Shown: piece by piece, positions 1 to 13,133 of the stretch
Numbering within the stretch: position 1 is the first letter of the stretch
How the letters are laid out: each line of letters begins with the position of its first letter
Origin: Zygnema circumcarinatum SAG 698-1b
Lineage: Eukaryota; Plantae; Zygnematophyceae
NCBI GenBank assembly: GCA_037447605.1
Contig: CM074812.1
Span: forward strand, 310,001 to 374,000
Direction: 5' to 3'
DNA: 64,000 nucleotides
Notes under the pieces: model-generated
Told to the model about the DNA's origin: nothing
Database searches by the model: none
Seen by the model: only the letters and a program-made list of their open reading frames with translations
Position numbers and translations under genes: made by a program

Positions 1-399
1 AATGGCAGCCGACACTTGTTTTTGTACGCGCCAGCGTCAAGTCAGAATGTCGTTCAATCAAAAGGTTGGCCAGCGTAGCGTCACTTTCGGTCAGCCCAGC
101 CTTGGTCGCGCGTAAATTACCACATCTTCAATTAAAACTCGCTGGCGTCCAGCATCTTAAATCCCTTTCCGATTTGTAGCGTGGCGCCCTGCGTCGCCGA
201 CTCGCTGCGCCCTTTCCACTTCCACCGACCAAATATAAAATGCACTTTACCTTAGCGCGCACACGCCGCCAAAAAAGCACACAACACAAACACACAAAAC
301 TATGTTCCAACAACATCTTTACTTATAAATACGCTACCAGCCATCCTTTCCACAATAGCCAAAGTAACCAACAGCAAAAGCCCCAGTAGATCCCTTCCA

Positions 400-1030
400 T
401 CTACACCAACATGTACCCCTTTCCCTCGGCTTTGTTTCTGGCAGCCAGAGTGGCTGGGAAGGTCTTGGCGCGCCGTGTGCTGGGAACCCGGCCCGTGCGG
501 CGCCCAAGATATGGGACAATGTCGCGCTGACATGCATGGCATTCTGGCTGTGAATTCACCAAGACATCATTACCCATGACATTGAGGATAAACACGTTCC
601 ATTGACCATGCATCACCACATCCATAAGCCCAGAAGGAGTCACTACAGTGGCAGGGGAAAGAGAAATGGAAGAAGGAAGTACATCCAACACAAAGAGATC
701 TTGCACTCCCAAAGGTCTGCCAATCAATTTAGGAATGTCCAAGGTTCTAAGAAACAATAGTCTCCTATCCTTTATGGCAGTTCCATTCCCTCCCCCTAGC
801 CTAACATGTCCACCAGCAACGACCCCTAAGCTGGTGGTGGGTTGGGGTTTTCCGGCCCCTTGCCCTTCTTGTCCTTGGTGTTGAGAGGGCAATCTCGGGC
901 CTTGTGCCCCTCCTTGCGGCAGCGGAAACACTTGTTCTCCCGCTGCATCTTCTCCATTTCCTCTGGAGTCAACTTCTGCGGCCTTGCAGTGGCTGGGCGG
1001 GCAGTCGCTTCCGGCTGCTTCCGCTTGTTC
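400..1030 (-). mobile_element. Ty3/gypsy fragment A: gag CCHC zinc knuckle, protease C-terminus and protease-RT linker (degenerate, frameshifted)
   Basis: Minus strand ~887-935 reads ENKCFRCRKEGHKARDCP (CX2CX4HX4C). It is followed by the protease-like DLFVLDVLPSSISLSPATVVTPSGLMDVVMHGQW and the linker-like AARNKAEGKGYMLV. Bounded on the right by the N gap 1031-1313. Confidence 0.75.
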
Positions 1031-1313
1031 NNNNNNNNNNNNNNNNNNNNNNNNNNNNNNNNNNNNNNNNNNNNNNNNNNNNNNNNNNNNNNNNNNNNNN
1101 NNNNNNNNNNNNNNNNNNNNNNNNNNNNNNNNNNNNNNNNNNNNNNNNNNNNNNNNNNNNNNNNNNNNNNNNNNNNNNNNNNNNNNNNNNNNNNNNNNNN
1201 NNNNNNNNNNNNNNNNNNNNNNNNNNNNNNNNNNNNNNNNNNNNNNNNNNNNNNNNNNNNNNNNNNNNNNNNNNNNNNNNNNNNNNNNNNNNNNNNNNNN
1301 NNNNNNNNNNNNN

Positions 1314-2849
1314 ACGCGCACTGATGAGCTGTTGGAGGACTTGGTCAATGTGTTGCAGGTGGGAGGACCAGTCCTTGCTGTGGAGGGAGGCATCATCCAC
1401 GTAAGGTTCGCAGAAGGCACGACAGGGGCCGAACACCTGGTTGGCCAGGCGCTGGTGAGTCTGACTGGAATTCTTGAGCCCGAATGGAAGCACTGTCCAC
1501 TGCACAAAGCGCGTGGCTGTGCGAAGCCCTGTCTTGCAGCGATCGGCCTGCCGCAGGGGGATCTGCCAGAAGGATTTCTGCATGTCAAGTGCCGAGAACC
1601 ACCGGTCATCAGGGGAGACGCCGTGGAGAATCAGGTCCACATCCGGTAATGTGTAGGGATCCCACTTCGTTATTGCATTCAGTTTCCGGTAGTCCCCACA
1701 GAAGCGGAGTGTGCCATCCGGCTTTGGGGGCAGAACGGCCGGGCTGGCCCACGGCCCTTCTCCAGGTTCCATCAATCCGGCAGCCACGTTCTCGTCGATC
1801 TGTCATTCGACATCGGCCTGCTGCGCAACGGAAAAGCGGTAGGGAGTCAGGGTCATCACGGGAGGCGCATCCCCCGTATCGATGTGGTGCTCTGTCAGTA
1901 GAATCTATCGATGGATGTTGTGGCGTAGTTGAGGAGAAATGCTTGTCCAGTGCAAGGAAAGGTACAGGCCCCAATAGCATCTGCCCCTCATTTCCAACCA
2001 CTCCTCATCAGCAGTAGTCTCATGTGAAGCTGGGTGCAAACCTATCACTGGCGGCTTGATTCTTCCGTCAGCACGAGAGCTGGACTTCGGAGGCGGGGAG
2101 TCTAAGTCTTCCGGTATCAAGGTGGCGATCCATAAGAAGAATGGGGAGACTCTTGCTTGAGCCGAGATGGGTACATGGTGATCTCTCTGGGTAGGAGACT
2201 GCGCCCGTGTGGCTTGGGGAAGGCGGGAGGTGGTAGGGACTAGGGATGATGGGGAAGGAGGCGATTACATCCCGCCCAGTGAATAAGTGGAGTTGACATG
2301 TAGCAAAGTCGATTTGTGCTCCCATCGCGATGAGCCAATCTGAGCCCAGCAGGATAGAATAGTGTTCAGCGGCCGTGATGACCGCATTCACCGTGGCTCC
2401 CATCTCGCCAAGACTGATGACCACTTGGGCGCTGCCCAATCCTTCATGTAAGCTCCCTTCAACCCCCACATATCGGGGAATGGGCTCAAGTGTCTTGTCC
2501 AACTTAACCCCTGCAGCCCCTTCATCCGCAGGCTTGGGCAGGCTAATGGCATGGCTCCCATTGTAGATCATGGCTCTTTGCAGGATGACATTGAGCCAGC
2601 ACATTGTGTAATGGTCATACGTTGGGTGTGGGGATCGAGGAAGGGAGGATCTGAATCATTTGGCAGCGGGGAGGATGGCGGGGAGGAAGCGAACTTCGGT
2701 CCGTGGGCGCCCGTCGCCATGTGGTGTTGAATGTGTCGAGGCGAGGGGCGTCAGGAGAATGCCATAGAGCCGTGGGAGGCGAGGTAGCCTCACCACGCTG
2801 TCGGCCAGCTTTGAACTTCTGGCTGACGCTTTTGGTACAAGAATGTTGA
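1314..2849 (-). mobile_element. Ty3/gypsy fragment B: aspartic protease and reverse transcriptase (degenerate)
   Basis: ORF 969..1787 has RT motifs KPDGTLRFCGDYRKLN, FSALDMQKSFWQI, LPFGLKNS and PYVDD. ORF 2068..2604 has protease-like AMIYNGSHAISL (degenerate DSG) and YSILLGSDWLIAMGAQIDF. Confidence 0.9.
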
Positions 2850-3695
2850 TGTTGAGTGTACTATAGTTACTTAGACATTGTAGGTTCACACTAACGCTTC
2901 GTTGTGGTCCTCCGGTTGGGACTTGTAAAGGATCTGCTAGTAGTAGTCCTAGGAAATACCCGTTTGGGCCAAATAGCCGGTGGCCCATTAGCGCTTCCGG
3001 GCAGCGGAAGTGTCCCGGTGATAATGGCGGACCCAGCGTGTCCAGACCCCTTGATGCGGTCAGCGGGCTATGGCAGCGAGGTCAGCTACGGAGGGGGCCG
3101 AGAGTCAGCAGCCCGCGCGAACAAGTGTGGGCTGCAAATCGTGGTGACGGAGATTTTTATGCGGGCCTTGGCGCCAAATGTATGCGACAGCGAGTTGAAC
3201 ATCTTGTGGGCAGCGTCTGGGGCCGAGGCGGCGAGGAAGGTGGCTGGGGCCAGGGCCAGCAAGTTCAGATGGGCGGCGGAACTGTACGGACGACCTGACT
3301 AGGTCGGCGCCGGCGTAGGTTTACGAAGGACCGCAATGCTGGATGTTGAACGCGTACCCGGCTGCTGAACGCATGAGGGCGGCCGTGACGTGACATTGGT
3401 CAACTAGGAAGATGTCACATAACACGGCCATGGCGGTATATAGGGTTTAGCTTGATTATGTAGGATAACCACATTAGACCTCTGTAGTCCCATGACTTAT
3501 TACGTACTGTGCTGCGTGTTCTTTGAGGGGCATACACTTGTGTCATGAGTAGTGAGTAAGGAGAAGTAGCTAGTGAGAGGGGAGGGGAGCTTCATGTGGG
3601 TGACATTCTTATTATAAAGAGGTTTTAGAAGCGTAGGCTTTCTCACACTTTCGTGTGTGTGATTTCATTTGTGCTCATCCTACATCTTTCGATGC
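2850..3695 (+). repeat. 5' LTR of the copia element
   Basis: Starts TGTTGAGTG (2850). Alignable with 8275-9121 over its length, best over 3400-3695 including the TATA-like ATTATAAA. Followed by the PBS-like GGTTATGAAG. Right boundary approximate. Confidence 0.75.
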
Positions 3696-6600
3696 GTGAG
3701 GTTATGAAGGTATGGTGAGAGTGAGATAGAGTGAGAAAGTGAAGATGTCTTCATCGGTGGGGAACGGGTTCCGATGGAGGGCGACAGCGAGGGTGGCAGC
3801 GGGAGGTGACAGGACCCGCGCTCGAGCAAGTGAGGTATGGGGAGCGATGGTGGCGGCGAGGACGCGTGAAGTTAAGGCATTCGCGTTGACGGTCCAGAGA
3901 CTACACGAGGGGTGGAGATGGCTGACTGAGGTCCCGCTTTGCTGCGTGGGCAAGGGACTGTTGGGGGTATGCGTCAGCGGCACCATCCAAGGCAGCGAGG
4001 AGTGGCTACAGGAGGAGCCCGCGGCCCGGAGGCGGCGGTGAACAGAGTGGTGCTGCGCCCGAGATGGAGTGCCAAAAGGACAACAAAGCGCTCACACCCA
4101 GGTGCGTCATGAGGTGTGGTCAGCAGGTCATGGCGGCGCGGTCTCCGAGAACCTCACATGCTATGTGGAGGTGCTTAGAAAGAAGATGTATGATGTAAAG
4201 GATAGCGTTGCGATAGTGAGGTCTTTACCAGCGCGGCTTGGGAAGATGAAAATGTCACCGGATGGCCCGAGTGAATATGCCATGGTGGGGTTTGATACCT
4301 TGATGGAGAGGTTCATAGCTCTGGCCGTTGAGTGACCATAAGATGGCGGAGTTCTTGGGAGTTGACCTCTAAGATTTGATGTTAGCAGGTCCCTTTGCTT
4401 GGGGCTGTCTACCGAACTGCGAAAATGACCCTTGAGCAAGTGAAGCGGAGGATCAGGGAGAGGACACCGTCAAGACACTTGGGAGCACCCGAGGGAAGGT
4501 GCTAGCTGCCTCCCGCGGCGAACCCGAAGAGGAGGTGCCCGAAGTCGGACCGAGGGAGAAGCGCCGTGGGGCGTGCTACACGTGTGGCGAGGTCAGGCCA
4601 CTACTCGGTTGAGCTAGCTACAAAACAGAGTCCCAAGATGAGGGAGGAGGGGCCCAGCTGTAGGCATTGGCAGAAAGGAGAAGAAAGGCTTGAGGGGATG
4701 CAGCTTCAGGAGGTGCAGAAGCGAGGTCCCGCAAGAGCACCTGCCTGAGAGTGCGAGAGGGTCGAATATGAGACCAATGCGATGATGGCGAAGGATTCGA
4801 CTTTGTTGCAGGGAAGATCGAGGTCCGGTCACAGGCGGCCTGGTTGATCGGTGGGGAAACTTCCACACACATGTGTGGCGGCAATGAGATATTCTCCACG
4901 TTGGACACCTTTGGAAGACTCGATCTATTCACTAAACAGCGGAGAGTAACCGATCCACGAAGGGTGGAAGTAGTCAAGAATGATTCACCGAGAGCGGCTC
5001 ACATCATCTACAAAAGAGGGAGAGAAGGCGTTTGTGTATCATTGATATACTCCACACCCATTGTGAAAGCAGAACTTCATGTTTGTTAGCGGGTGTGTAA
5101 GAGGGAGATGCAGATCACATTCAAGGAGGGAAGTCTTGTAGCCAGAGTACTCATCGCATTGTGAGGAAGCGGTACATTTACGAGGGTGATATGAGAAGGG
5201 AGGCACAGTATTACCTTCATTATAGAAGGAATGAGAGGATGAAGATATGTGATGGTACGTAGGTGAAGCGCCATAAATCTCTGGCATAAATGAACTTGGA
5301 CATCATAACCTCGGGGGTTCGCAATGACTTCTTTGCTAAGGGTGAGTCCGTGGGTTAGGCGGCTAGATAGCCAGGTGGAGGGAGGCTTCGGCTTTTACCA
5401 AGGAGGTGTGTAGAGGGGAAGGCGCATCGGAAACCATTCGCGAGGAGCGGAGAGGAGGCGTACCACGCGCAGAAGAAAATGGAGTTGGTTCACACCGACC
5501 TTTGTGGCCCCGTGACACCGACAACGAGTGGAGGAGCTCGGTATTTCATCACTTTTCTCGATGAATTTTCGAGGAAAATTTGGGTGAAAATTCCGAAATT
5601 TCGTCCCAGCGAGCTTCCAGACCTTGAGATTGGCGAACTTCAGAGATGGAAGCCCAGAGAGACTGGCCAGAAGACTCTAGCGCTCGGACAGCGAGGAGGG
5701 AGTTCAAGTCAAAGGGAGTTCGGCGAGTACCTCAAGACTCGTGGAATTAGGCATGAATTTTCTGCTCCCTACTCCCCTCAAAGTAATGGAGCTGCTGAAA
5801 GGGTAAATAGGACGTTGGGGGACATGGCGGACCATGCTGATAGATTCCCCCTTCCCGGCTTCTTTCTGGGGAGAGGCGGTGATGACCGCAGCTTACCTTA
5901 GGAATAGATGCCCATCTTCTGTGCTCAAGGACCAGGTTCCTGAGGAGGTGTGGAGTGGGAGAAAACCCACGGTTTCCCACCTGAAGGCTTTCGGAGCGCG
6001 CTGCTGGTCGACGGTGCCGAAGGCGAGACAGAAGAGGAAGTTCGACCCGCGAGCCGTTGAAGGGTATGTTCTCGGCTACAACATTGATGAGTAGCACCTC
6101 TGAGTTTGGAACTGCATGGCGAAGGAAGTGCAAAGCTTCGGTATCCACCAGTGGGCGAGAGGCGGTGGCTTGCGGCTAGGTGAGACCCGGCCCCCAAAGG
6201 CGGGTGGGGGTGTGTGAGGACGTGGGGCCGGTAGGAGGAAGGCGTTGAAGCCTCGGGTCCCGGTTTTGGAGGGAATCGTACTTGTACGGGGCGGAGGGCG
6301 ACCGAGGTAACACGGACGTGTCCCGGCGGGAAGGCCCGAGGTGGGCAGGGAAGAGCCACCAGCGGGAGCGAGAAGCGGAAGGCGGCCCACTACACTACTC
6401 ACAGCCGGATAGGAGACTTCGGTCAGCGTACCTTCTTGGCGGGCGAGGAGTAGGACTTGGAGAGATGCAAAATTTGAGAGCGGTAAAGGGAGCAGAGATA
6501 CCTCGGGATTTGTTCCGGGAATTTTTCTTCAACTTCGAGGAGTGGGAGAGCGCCAAGGACGCGAGGAGGAGCACCCGTGTTGTGAGGGGAGGCTGAGCGA

Positions 6601-8274
6601 TCACGGCGAAATGCTTGAGACTAACTTTGATCACGAGGAGAGAGAGTACTACGGACTCTGGCGACCTGCGAGGAGTTGCCAGCTCTTACATGATCAGCGA
6701 CGCAGAAGCCTTGGGAAGCTCACGATAGAAGGTCGATAGGCGAGTGGCAGCGGCGCGTCGATAGCGAGTGGAGACAAGTGATGAAAACGGGGCGGTAGCG
6801 GCCCGGAAGGCTGCCGAAGGAAGAGAGCCATTGGATGCAAGTGGGTGTTCCAGGTGAAGCCCGAGAGGCGGGGCCGGGGTGTGGGCCTGGATTCTGGCCT
6901 TGGCTGGTGGCGAAGGGCCTCACCGGCCCGAGGAAATCTGGAATGCGACTACCGCGAGGAGACTTTCACCCGGTGGTGAGTTTAACTCCCTAGTGCCCCT
7001 AATTTACGTCCCTTGGCCCTGGCGAGGGGATGCATGTCCATCGGTTAGATATCAAGACGTTTACATGCTGGGAGGTGTGAGAGATCTACATGGAGCAGCG
7101 AAGAGAGGGTGTCGAGGCGAGGGAGCATCGTGCATCCGCCTGAGTAGAAAGTGCGATGCGGGGCTGAGGCGGGCACCGAGTCCCCAGTGCAGGGGAGGGT
7201 GGCGATCTTGGCGAGGGAGAAGTTTTGCGGCGCTGGGGGCGGATCATTAGTCACCAGGAGAGGAGGAGATCATGCGTTGGGATCGTGGATGACACTCATT
7301 ATGGTAGGTCTCTCCACTTCCGGAGAGAATCCAATACGAGAAGAAGCTTTTGCAATTGCTTCCGGATGGCCGGATCTAGGGGCCTTGTTATCTCACAGGG
7401 GTGTCTGGTGAAGAGGCGGGGCGGAAGTGCATTTCACAGAAGTCTCGAGAAAAGAGAGCGGATGTACTTGCGAGATTTAATATGGAGGAGTGCGGGCCAG
7501 GTGCACCCGGCCCGATGGAGATGTCCGTGAGATTGTCGAAGATATGGGCAGCGGCCGGTGAGGTTACGGCGCATGTGCAGTGCATTACTGAATCATACTC
7601 CGAGTTTAATGCCTAATGATTGGAGTACCGGCCGGGACTTAGCGTGGCGTGAGTCGCCGCCCAGTGAGTTCATGGAGAATCCCGGCCTTGAAGCATTGGG
7701 AGGCCGTAAAAGCGGGCATCTTTTTCGGTTTATGCAGGGGGACACTTAGATGCGGACTCATACTTGAGAGGGCGAGCAGAGTCATCCCGGATACACCGAC
7801 TGGGTGGCGTGAGACACATCACTTGTCGCGACCTCACGGTTGTTTACACGAGCGGGTGGAGGCGATCTCATGGGCTCCGAAACTCACGAGGATTCGGTTG
7901 CGTTAATGTCCCAGCACGAGAAGGGCGAGTACATGGGAGGCATGTCCACTTGCTTGCGGGGAGGGAGTTTGTCCCAGCATTTCTTTTGATGAGTGTAGAG
8001 GCCACAGCGTCCCTTGACTTTGTTCACGGATAACGGAGTCGTCCATTTGCTCTTTGTTGGCTCCATTGTTTCATAAGAGAACAAAAGCACGTAGGAGTCG
8101 TCTACATTATATGCGGGGGCCCAGGTAGAGGGAGGGATGATTGTTGAAGTTACCGTGGGGATGAAGAGGCGAGGCTCTGGATATGTTAAGCTAAGAGTTA
8201 GTGCTTGGGAACCTTACTAGTGAATAAGAGACTCATTTGGAATTTAGGGCCCATGAGGGGCGGTCAAGGGGGAT

Positions 8275-9121
8275 TGTTGAGTGTTGGTGTCATGGTTGGA
8301 GCATTGCTTGTGGGTTCCACCTTGGCATTGTTGTGAATCCTCGGTTGGGAGGCTTATGAGGTCTGGCAGTAGTAGTCACAGGAAATCACAGTGGGCCAAA
8401 ATGTAGGGGTGCTTGGTACAGCAGTGTGGAGGGAGGTGGGTGATGTCGGCCGGACAGCGTCAGGACCCGCCGAGTCGTGCGGGGCTGTGGCCAGTCAGCT
8501 CACGGAGGAGACGGTCGGCGGCCCGCGGTCAGTGTGTGGCCGGCGTGGCGGAGATTTACCGTGCATGAGACTGACAAATGTGTGCGGCCTGTAGCCTTAG
8601 CAGGGTGGGCACATGTCACCTTAGCATGGCAGCCTTGTCTGAGCAGCGGCGGAAAATTAGCGCTTCAGACGGGCGGCAGATTCCAGATGGCGGCCGAAAG
8701 GCATACGAGGCGGCAGCGACCTAACGCCCAGCGTAAATTTCACGAGGCCACTATCTTGAATGGCCAAACAGCGTACGGCTGGCAGCACATGAGAGCAGCG
8801 TAACGGCTTTACCTCCAGTCAACTAGGAAAGATATCACATAGCACGGCTGCATGGCGGTATATGGGGTTTTAGCTTGATTACATGTAGGACTGCCACATT
8901 GAAGCTAACTGTAGTCAGTGACTTGTGCATTGCACCTTTCGTGTTCTTTGGGCTGCCACCTTGTGTGTAAGGTGGTGAGTAAAAGGGGAGAAGTAGCTAG
9001 TGAGGGAGGGAGGGAACTTCATGTGGGTGACATTCTTATTATAAAGGGTTTTTAGAGTAAGCTTTCTCTACACTTTCTAGGTGTGTGTGATTTCGTGTGC
9101 TCATCTACATCTTCGTGCAGT
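8275..9121 (+). repeat. 3' LTR of the copia element, also acting as 5' LTR of a truncated second copy
   Basis: Starts TGTTGAGTG immediately after the PPT, is the same length as the 5' LTR, and is followed by GTTATGGGC and a second gag start (MSSSFGTRFQW, ~9169). Confidence 0.75.
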
Positions 9122-9299
9122 AGTTATGGGCTATGGTGGTGAGATAGAGTGAGGAAAGAAGGTGAAAGATGTCTTCATCGTTTGGAACGAGGTTCCAATG
9201 GAGGCGACCCGCGGTAGCAGGGAGAGCGATGAAACGGGGCCCGCGCTCCAGCAGCAAGTTGCATCAAGCTGACAAGGTAATGCGATCTTAGCCTTGTCT

Positions 9300-11200
9300 C
9301 CCGTGAGTTGATAGACCATGCGTTCTATCGAGGATGATAGGCCGTCAGCCGAGGGTGGTCGACGATGGGCTGCTGGGGGTGTGAAAGCGGGCTGCGAGGC
9401 GATGTGGAGGTTGGCGTGCATCTCTTCGGTCGCCCGGTGGCGTGTTTCAAAGGCTGCGCCCGGTATCGGCTCTCTTCATTGAGATCTTCAATTTCACTCC
9501 TGGCGAGGATCCCCAAGGGATGACGGGTGGAGGGGAGGGATGGCGGATTCTTGGACGAGGGTGGCGGCCCGGTGGGCGATGCAGGAGCGCACCCGTTAGC
9601 GTGCGAGGAGAATGGCGAGGATGAGAATGAGGATGCGGTTAGCGAGGGAACTGCGAGAAGAGGCGATTCGCGATCTCGGCGATCCGGGCGAGCATCCGGC
9701 AGTGATAGAGTTGGACAAGGCGGTTGAAATGCCGCGGCAACACTGGGCGGTCTCGCGCGTGTCGAGGCGGCGGGATCAATTTCAATGTCACGTTTGGCAG
9801 GGAAGAGTCCATGGGGAATGGATGAGTGAGTCGTTGCGGGGATGGTGTAAGCGGGTGAAGAAAGGGAGGTGGAGGTGAAGGCGGAGCTCACCGGTGTGGT
9901 GTGGGAGCAGCGGGGGAGCATATCATGAAAGGTGATCTCGGTGAGCTCCTTGTTGCCTCTTTTCCCCTTTGGACCTTCTCACTTGAGAGTCTCCGCATAC
10001 ACCTTACAGGCGTCATGTCCGTGATGCAGCGAGAAATATGCGAGGTCCATGGTCCTAGCACTTGGCCGTGGATTATGATTGGCCGCCGAGAGCAAGGCAG
10101 ACGCCCTCAAGACCCCACGCCTCTGTCGCTCCAGAAGCGGCCTTGGTCGGCCTGGCGGCTTCTCTCTTGGTGCGATGAATAAGGAACCCGATATCACAGA
10201 CGAAACATCGGTATGTGAGGATTCACAGCGGCTCGGATGTGCGGATCATGAGGTATGGGGAATGGGTAAGGGGGAGGCTTGGTTGTGCTGGTATGGCGGT
10301 GCACCAGGGGCTGCCCGCTGCGTCTGGCGATGGCAGGAGAAGGCTTGTTAGAGTAGATGTAGCATAGGGGTCGAACAAGCTGTTGATTACGTGTCTTAGC
10401 CCGAGAGCTGCTGAGGTAGAGTCGATCTTGTAGGTAGATGCATGGCGTTAAATGCCAATGTGGTCTTACATGTGGGTTTGCCTCTCTCTTGATCATACAG
10501 TCGCTCACATACTGTCCCAGCAATGCACGGGCATGGCGGTGGAGTTGCTCAGCGGCGGCCTGTCAAATCGAGATGGAAGTCGCTACCATTTGATGGCCTT
10601 CTGGAACCTTTGGAGAACTTCCCGGAAAAGTAGAACCTTGAAGTTCTCGATGGTATTTGCCATGCGCACAAAGCGCTTCGATTAATTCAAGCGACGCTCA
10701 TCAGCATAGCATTCGATGTACTTGGTCGGTCTAACGGTGTCGGATCTGAAATCGGCGTTGTCTGATAGCTTGCTTGAATGTGTCCCTTGTCAAGTCGCGG
10801 CGACATCACGCCTTGTGCGATTTGGGCGACTTCGGTTGGCCTGCCTCGCCTTCCGGCGCTCAAGGGCGGCTTGATCCGCTGGTCCTCGCCAGTGCTATGG
10901 CCTGCCTTCTCCTCAAAGTGTCTCAGCCATGCTTCAGCATCTTCCTGCGTGACGGTGAAGCCTCTTGTGATGATGCCCGTGGTATCCCTCACCTCACTCT
11001 TTTGAGAATCATTCTTATCAATTTGGTCATCATCTCTTCCGTCTTCTTTGAAAACTTCGAGATACATTTCGTGTCTTCTCTGAGGTTGGTGCGAAATTTG
11101 GAGAGGGTCACTGCGATTGTCACGCCCTTGCCCACGAAGCACTCGCACAGAGCACGCGGGGATGGAAGCAGAGATTGTGAGCCGAGGTGAGGTGTGTCTT
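9300..11200 (-). mobile_element. Ty3/gypsy gag region, probably the 5' part of fragment B interrupted by the copia insertion
   Basis: ORF 10687..11148 contains FTVTQEDAEAWLRHFEEKAG..EDQRIK, typical of retrotransposon gag. It is on the same strand as, and upstream of, the PR/RT at 1314-2849. Boundaries approximate. Confidence 0.55.
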
Positions 11201-13133
11201 GGGAATCCACACTGTTAGCCGGGCTGCGTCGCGGCTAGCGTAGCAGAAGGGACTCTGGTGCAATAGTTATCAGTGAGCTCCGTGGCATGTCTCTACAGTG
11301 GGCAGCGGTGGGGACATCCGAGTTGAAACGGCACTCCCTCTTCCCGCGGCATGCCCGAGCGTGGCAGCCCGGCGGCTGCAACGATCATCCTAGCGAGCAT
11401 ATCGCCAGCCCGAAGTTTATAGCCATCGCACTTTAGATAGGTCGGCTGCGGCTTCGTCCCGTCGACTCGATACGCTCCAAGAGTAAGCAAAAGCGGGATA
11501 AGGGTTCTCTTGATTGATGCCGTCTTGATCTCGGCATTGCTTCTTCCTGCAAGTACGAGATCCGTCCTTGGATTTCCGATCGCTGTCCTTGAGGTCCCAG
11601 TGCTTGTCGGCGAATACTGCGCCCGAAGATACGCGCTTGTCCCCTGCTATTTGCTGGCCTCTTCCTCATGGCGGTTGTAGCGGAGTCCCGCAGATGCCAG
11701 CGGCCTGGCATGCTCCGAAATACGTGAATGCACCAAACGCCGACTCGATACCAAAAGATAAGTAGGAATTTAGAAGCTACTGAAACTGGTGCTTGAAAGA
11801 GTCTTTGTCTGACATTTCAGCGTGCGTCTTGAAACTAATGAAGGTTGGAGTTGGTTCACATTAGGTCTACTGCGCATAGAGCGAGGATCCGGGGATTGAG
11901 AGGTGCCTTGCCCGGCCCGAAGGCGTAAGGGATTGAAGCACGTTCCAGCACGAACTTGTCTCGCCAAGAGCCCTTCGCGAGGACTCTCCTCCCTGTCCTC
12001 TCACTAAATTTAGTCTCACAGGCAGGCTTACAGTGATCGTGGTCATTGAGAGGTGCAAGGCGGGGATAGAGCAAGATTAGGGGAAGCAGCATAGTGGCAA
12101 TGAGGAAAAGCGAGGACCGCGAAGCTTACCCCAGATAAAGGTGGTATTTTGGAAACTCACCCGGCCGGCGGTTGGTGGGAATGTCGTCTAATAATGAAAT
12201 TGTCTTCTCTTTGAGAAATCTTTGTCTAAGCGGGGGTGAATGGGACGTCTAAATGCTTGTCGGCAAAGAGACTCTTTTCTCTCTCTATATACATCACATG
12301 GCGTGGAACTACTGCTCTCTCTCTCTGCTTTACTTATACATTTGGCACATGGCGAGAAAGGAAGAAGAAGAAGAAAGAAGAACAAGACAACGAAACCCAC
12401 GGTATGCAATCTTAAACCCCGGCACTAAAAAGACAAACAAGCATGGCTGACATCCAATCACCACTTGGCAATAGATCTTGAGTCTTAGCGGCGGCTTGAT
12501 CTCACATTATTAGCCCCACTTGTGAGAGCTGGTATTCACGTGGAGCCTTGAGGATAGGTCAAATGGCTTGTCAGCGGCCTTAGGCGGCGTTTCGAGTCTT
12601 ATTTGGATAGTGTCTTGGATTGAGTGAAGCGCCAGCGGCGTGGCGCTCCGCCCATTACGCTTGCGTTAGCGGTCTCACAGATTCAGTGATCGCGGCAGCG
12701 GAAAAGTATATATCCAGAAATACAAGCCCGAGCGGGGCCTTGGCGGATAGTCGAGAGCGCAGCTCACGTTACGCTACAGGCGAATTTCTTGAGGCGCGCC
12801 TTTCCTTGCGGTAAATACGAGGGAACCCCTGCACATGCTTGTATCCAGCTTGTCCGTACACATACTCACTTAGGGATTTCCTTACCCACCTACCCACGTG
12901 ACGACTGCCCAAAAAGTACAATGTACGGTATCAAAGGCGTACTGTACCGATATACCGCAAAAATATATATAATAACATTGTTACTATAAATGTGAAATGA
13001 CAAACGGGTCATTACGGATATAGTGACACAAACGTGGGGACCGACACAGTCACTATAACGTGATTAGACTGTACTTTCAAATCCCAAGATTTTCGTCCAA
13101 TCATATCGGCCGAAGCCATGGCGAAAACATTAG

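Larger units (their letters stand above)
2850..9121 (+). mobile_element. Near full-length, heavily degenerate Ty1/copia LTR retrotransposon (LTR-gag-PR-IN-RT-RH-LTR)
   Basis: gag start MSSSVGNGFRW (~3745); zinc knuckle CYTCGE..HY (~4575); protease WLIGGETSTHMCG (~4841); LWHK pre-integrase (~5280); integrase ELVHTDLCGP..RYFITFLDEFSRKIWV..YSPQSNGAAERVNRTL (5479-5830); HLKAFGARCW; RT remnants (~6700-7400); RNase H remnant (~8050-8220). The order IN before RT defines copia. PPT AAGGGGGA at 8266-8273. Confidence 0.9.

Noticed and set aside
334-537. Chromodomain-like CWCRWKG after the gypsy fragment
   Set aside because: It lies right after the protease, lacks the TWEP-type motif, and the other frame fits the usual protease-RT linker (KGYMLV).
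11250-12450. Gypsy 5' LTR with a degenerate PBS (CTCTGGTGCAA ~11253), or integrase remnants at 11300-11900
   Set aside because: No matching second LTR was found and the motifs are too degraded to call.
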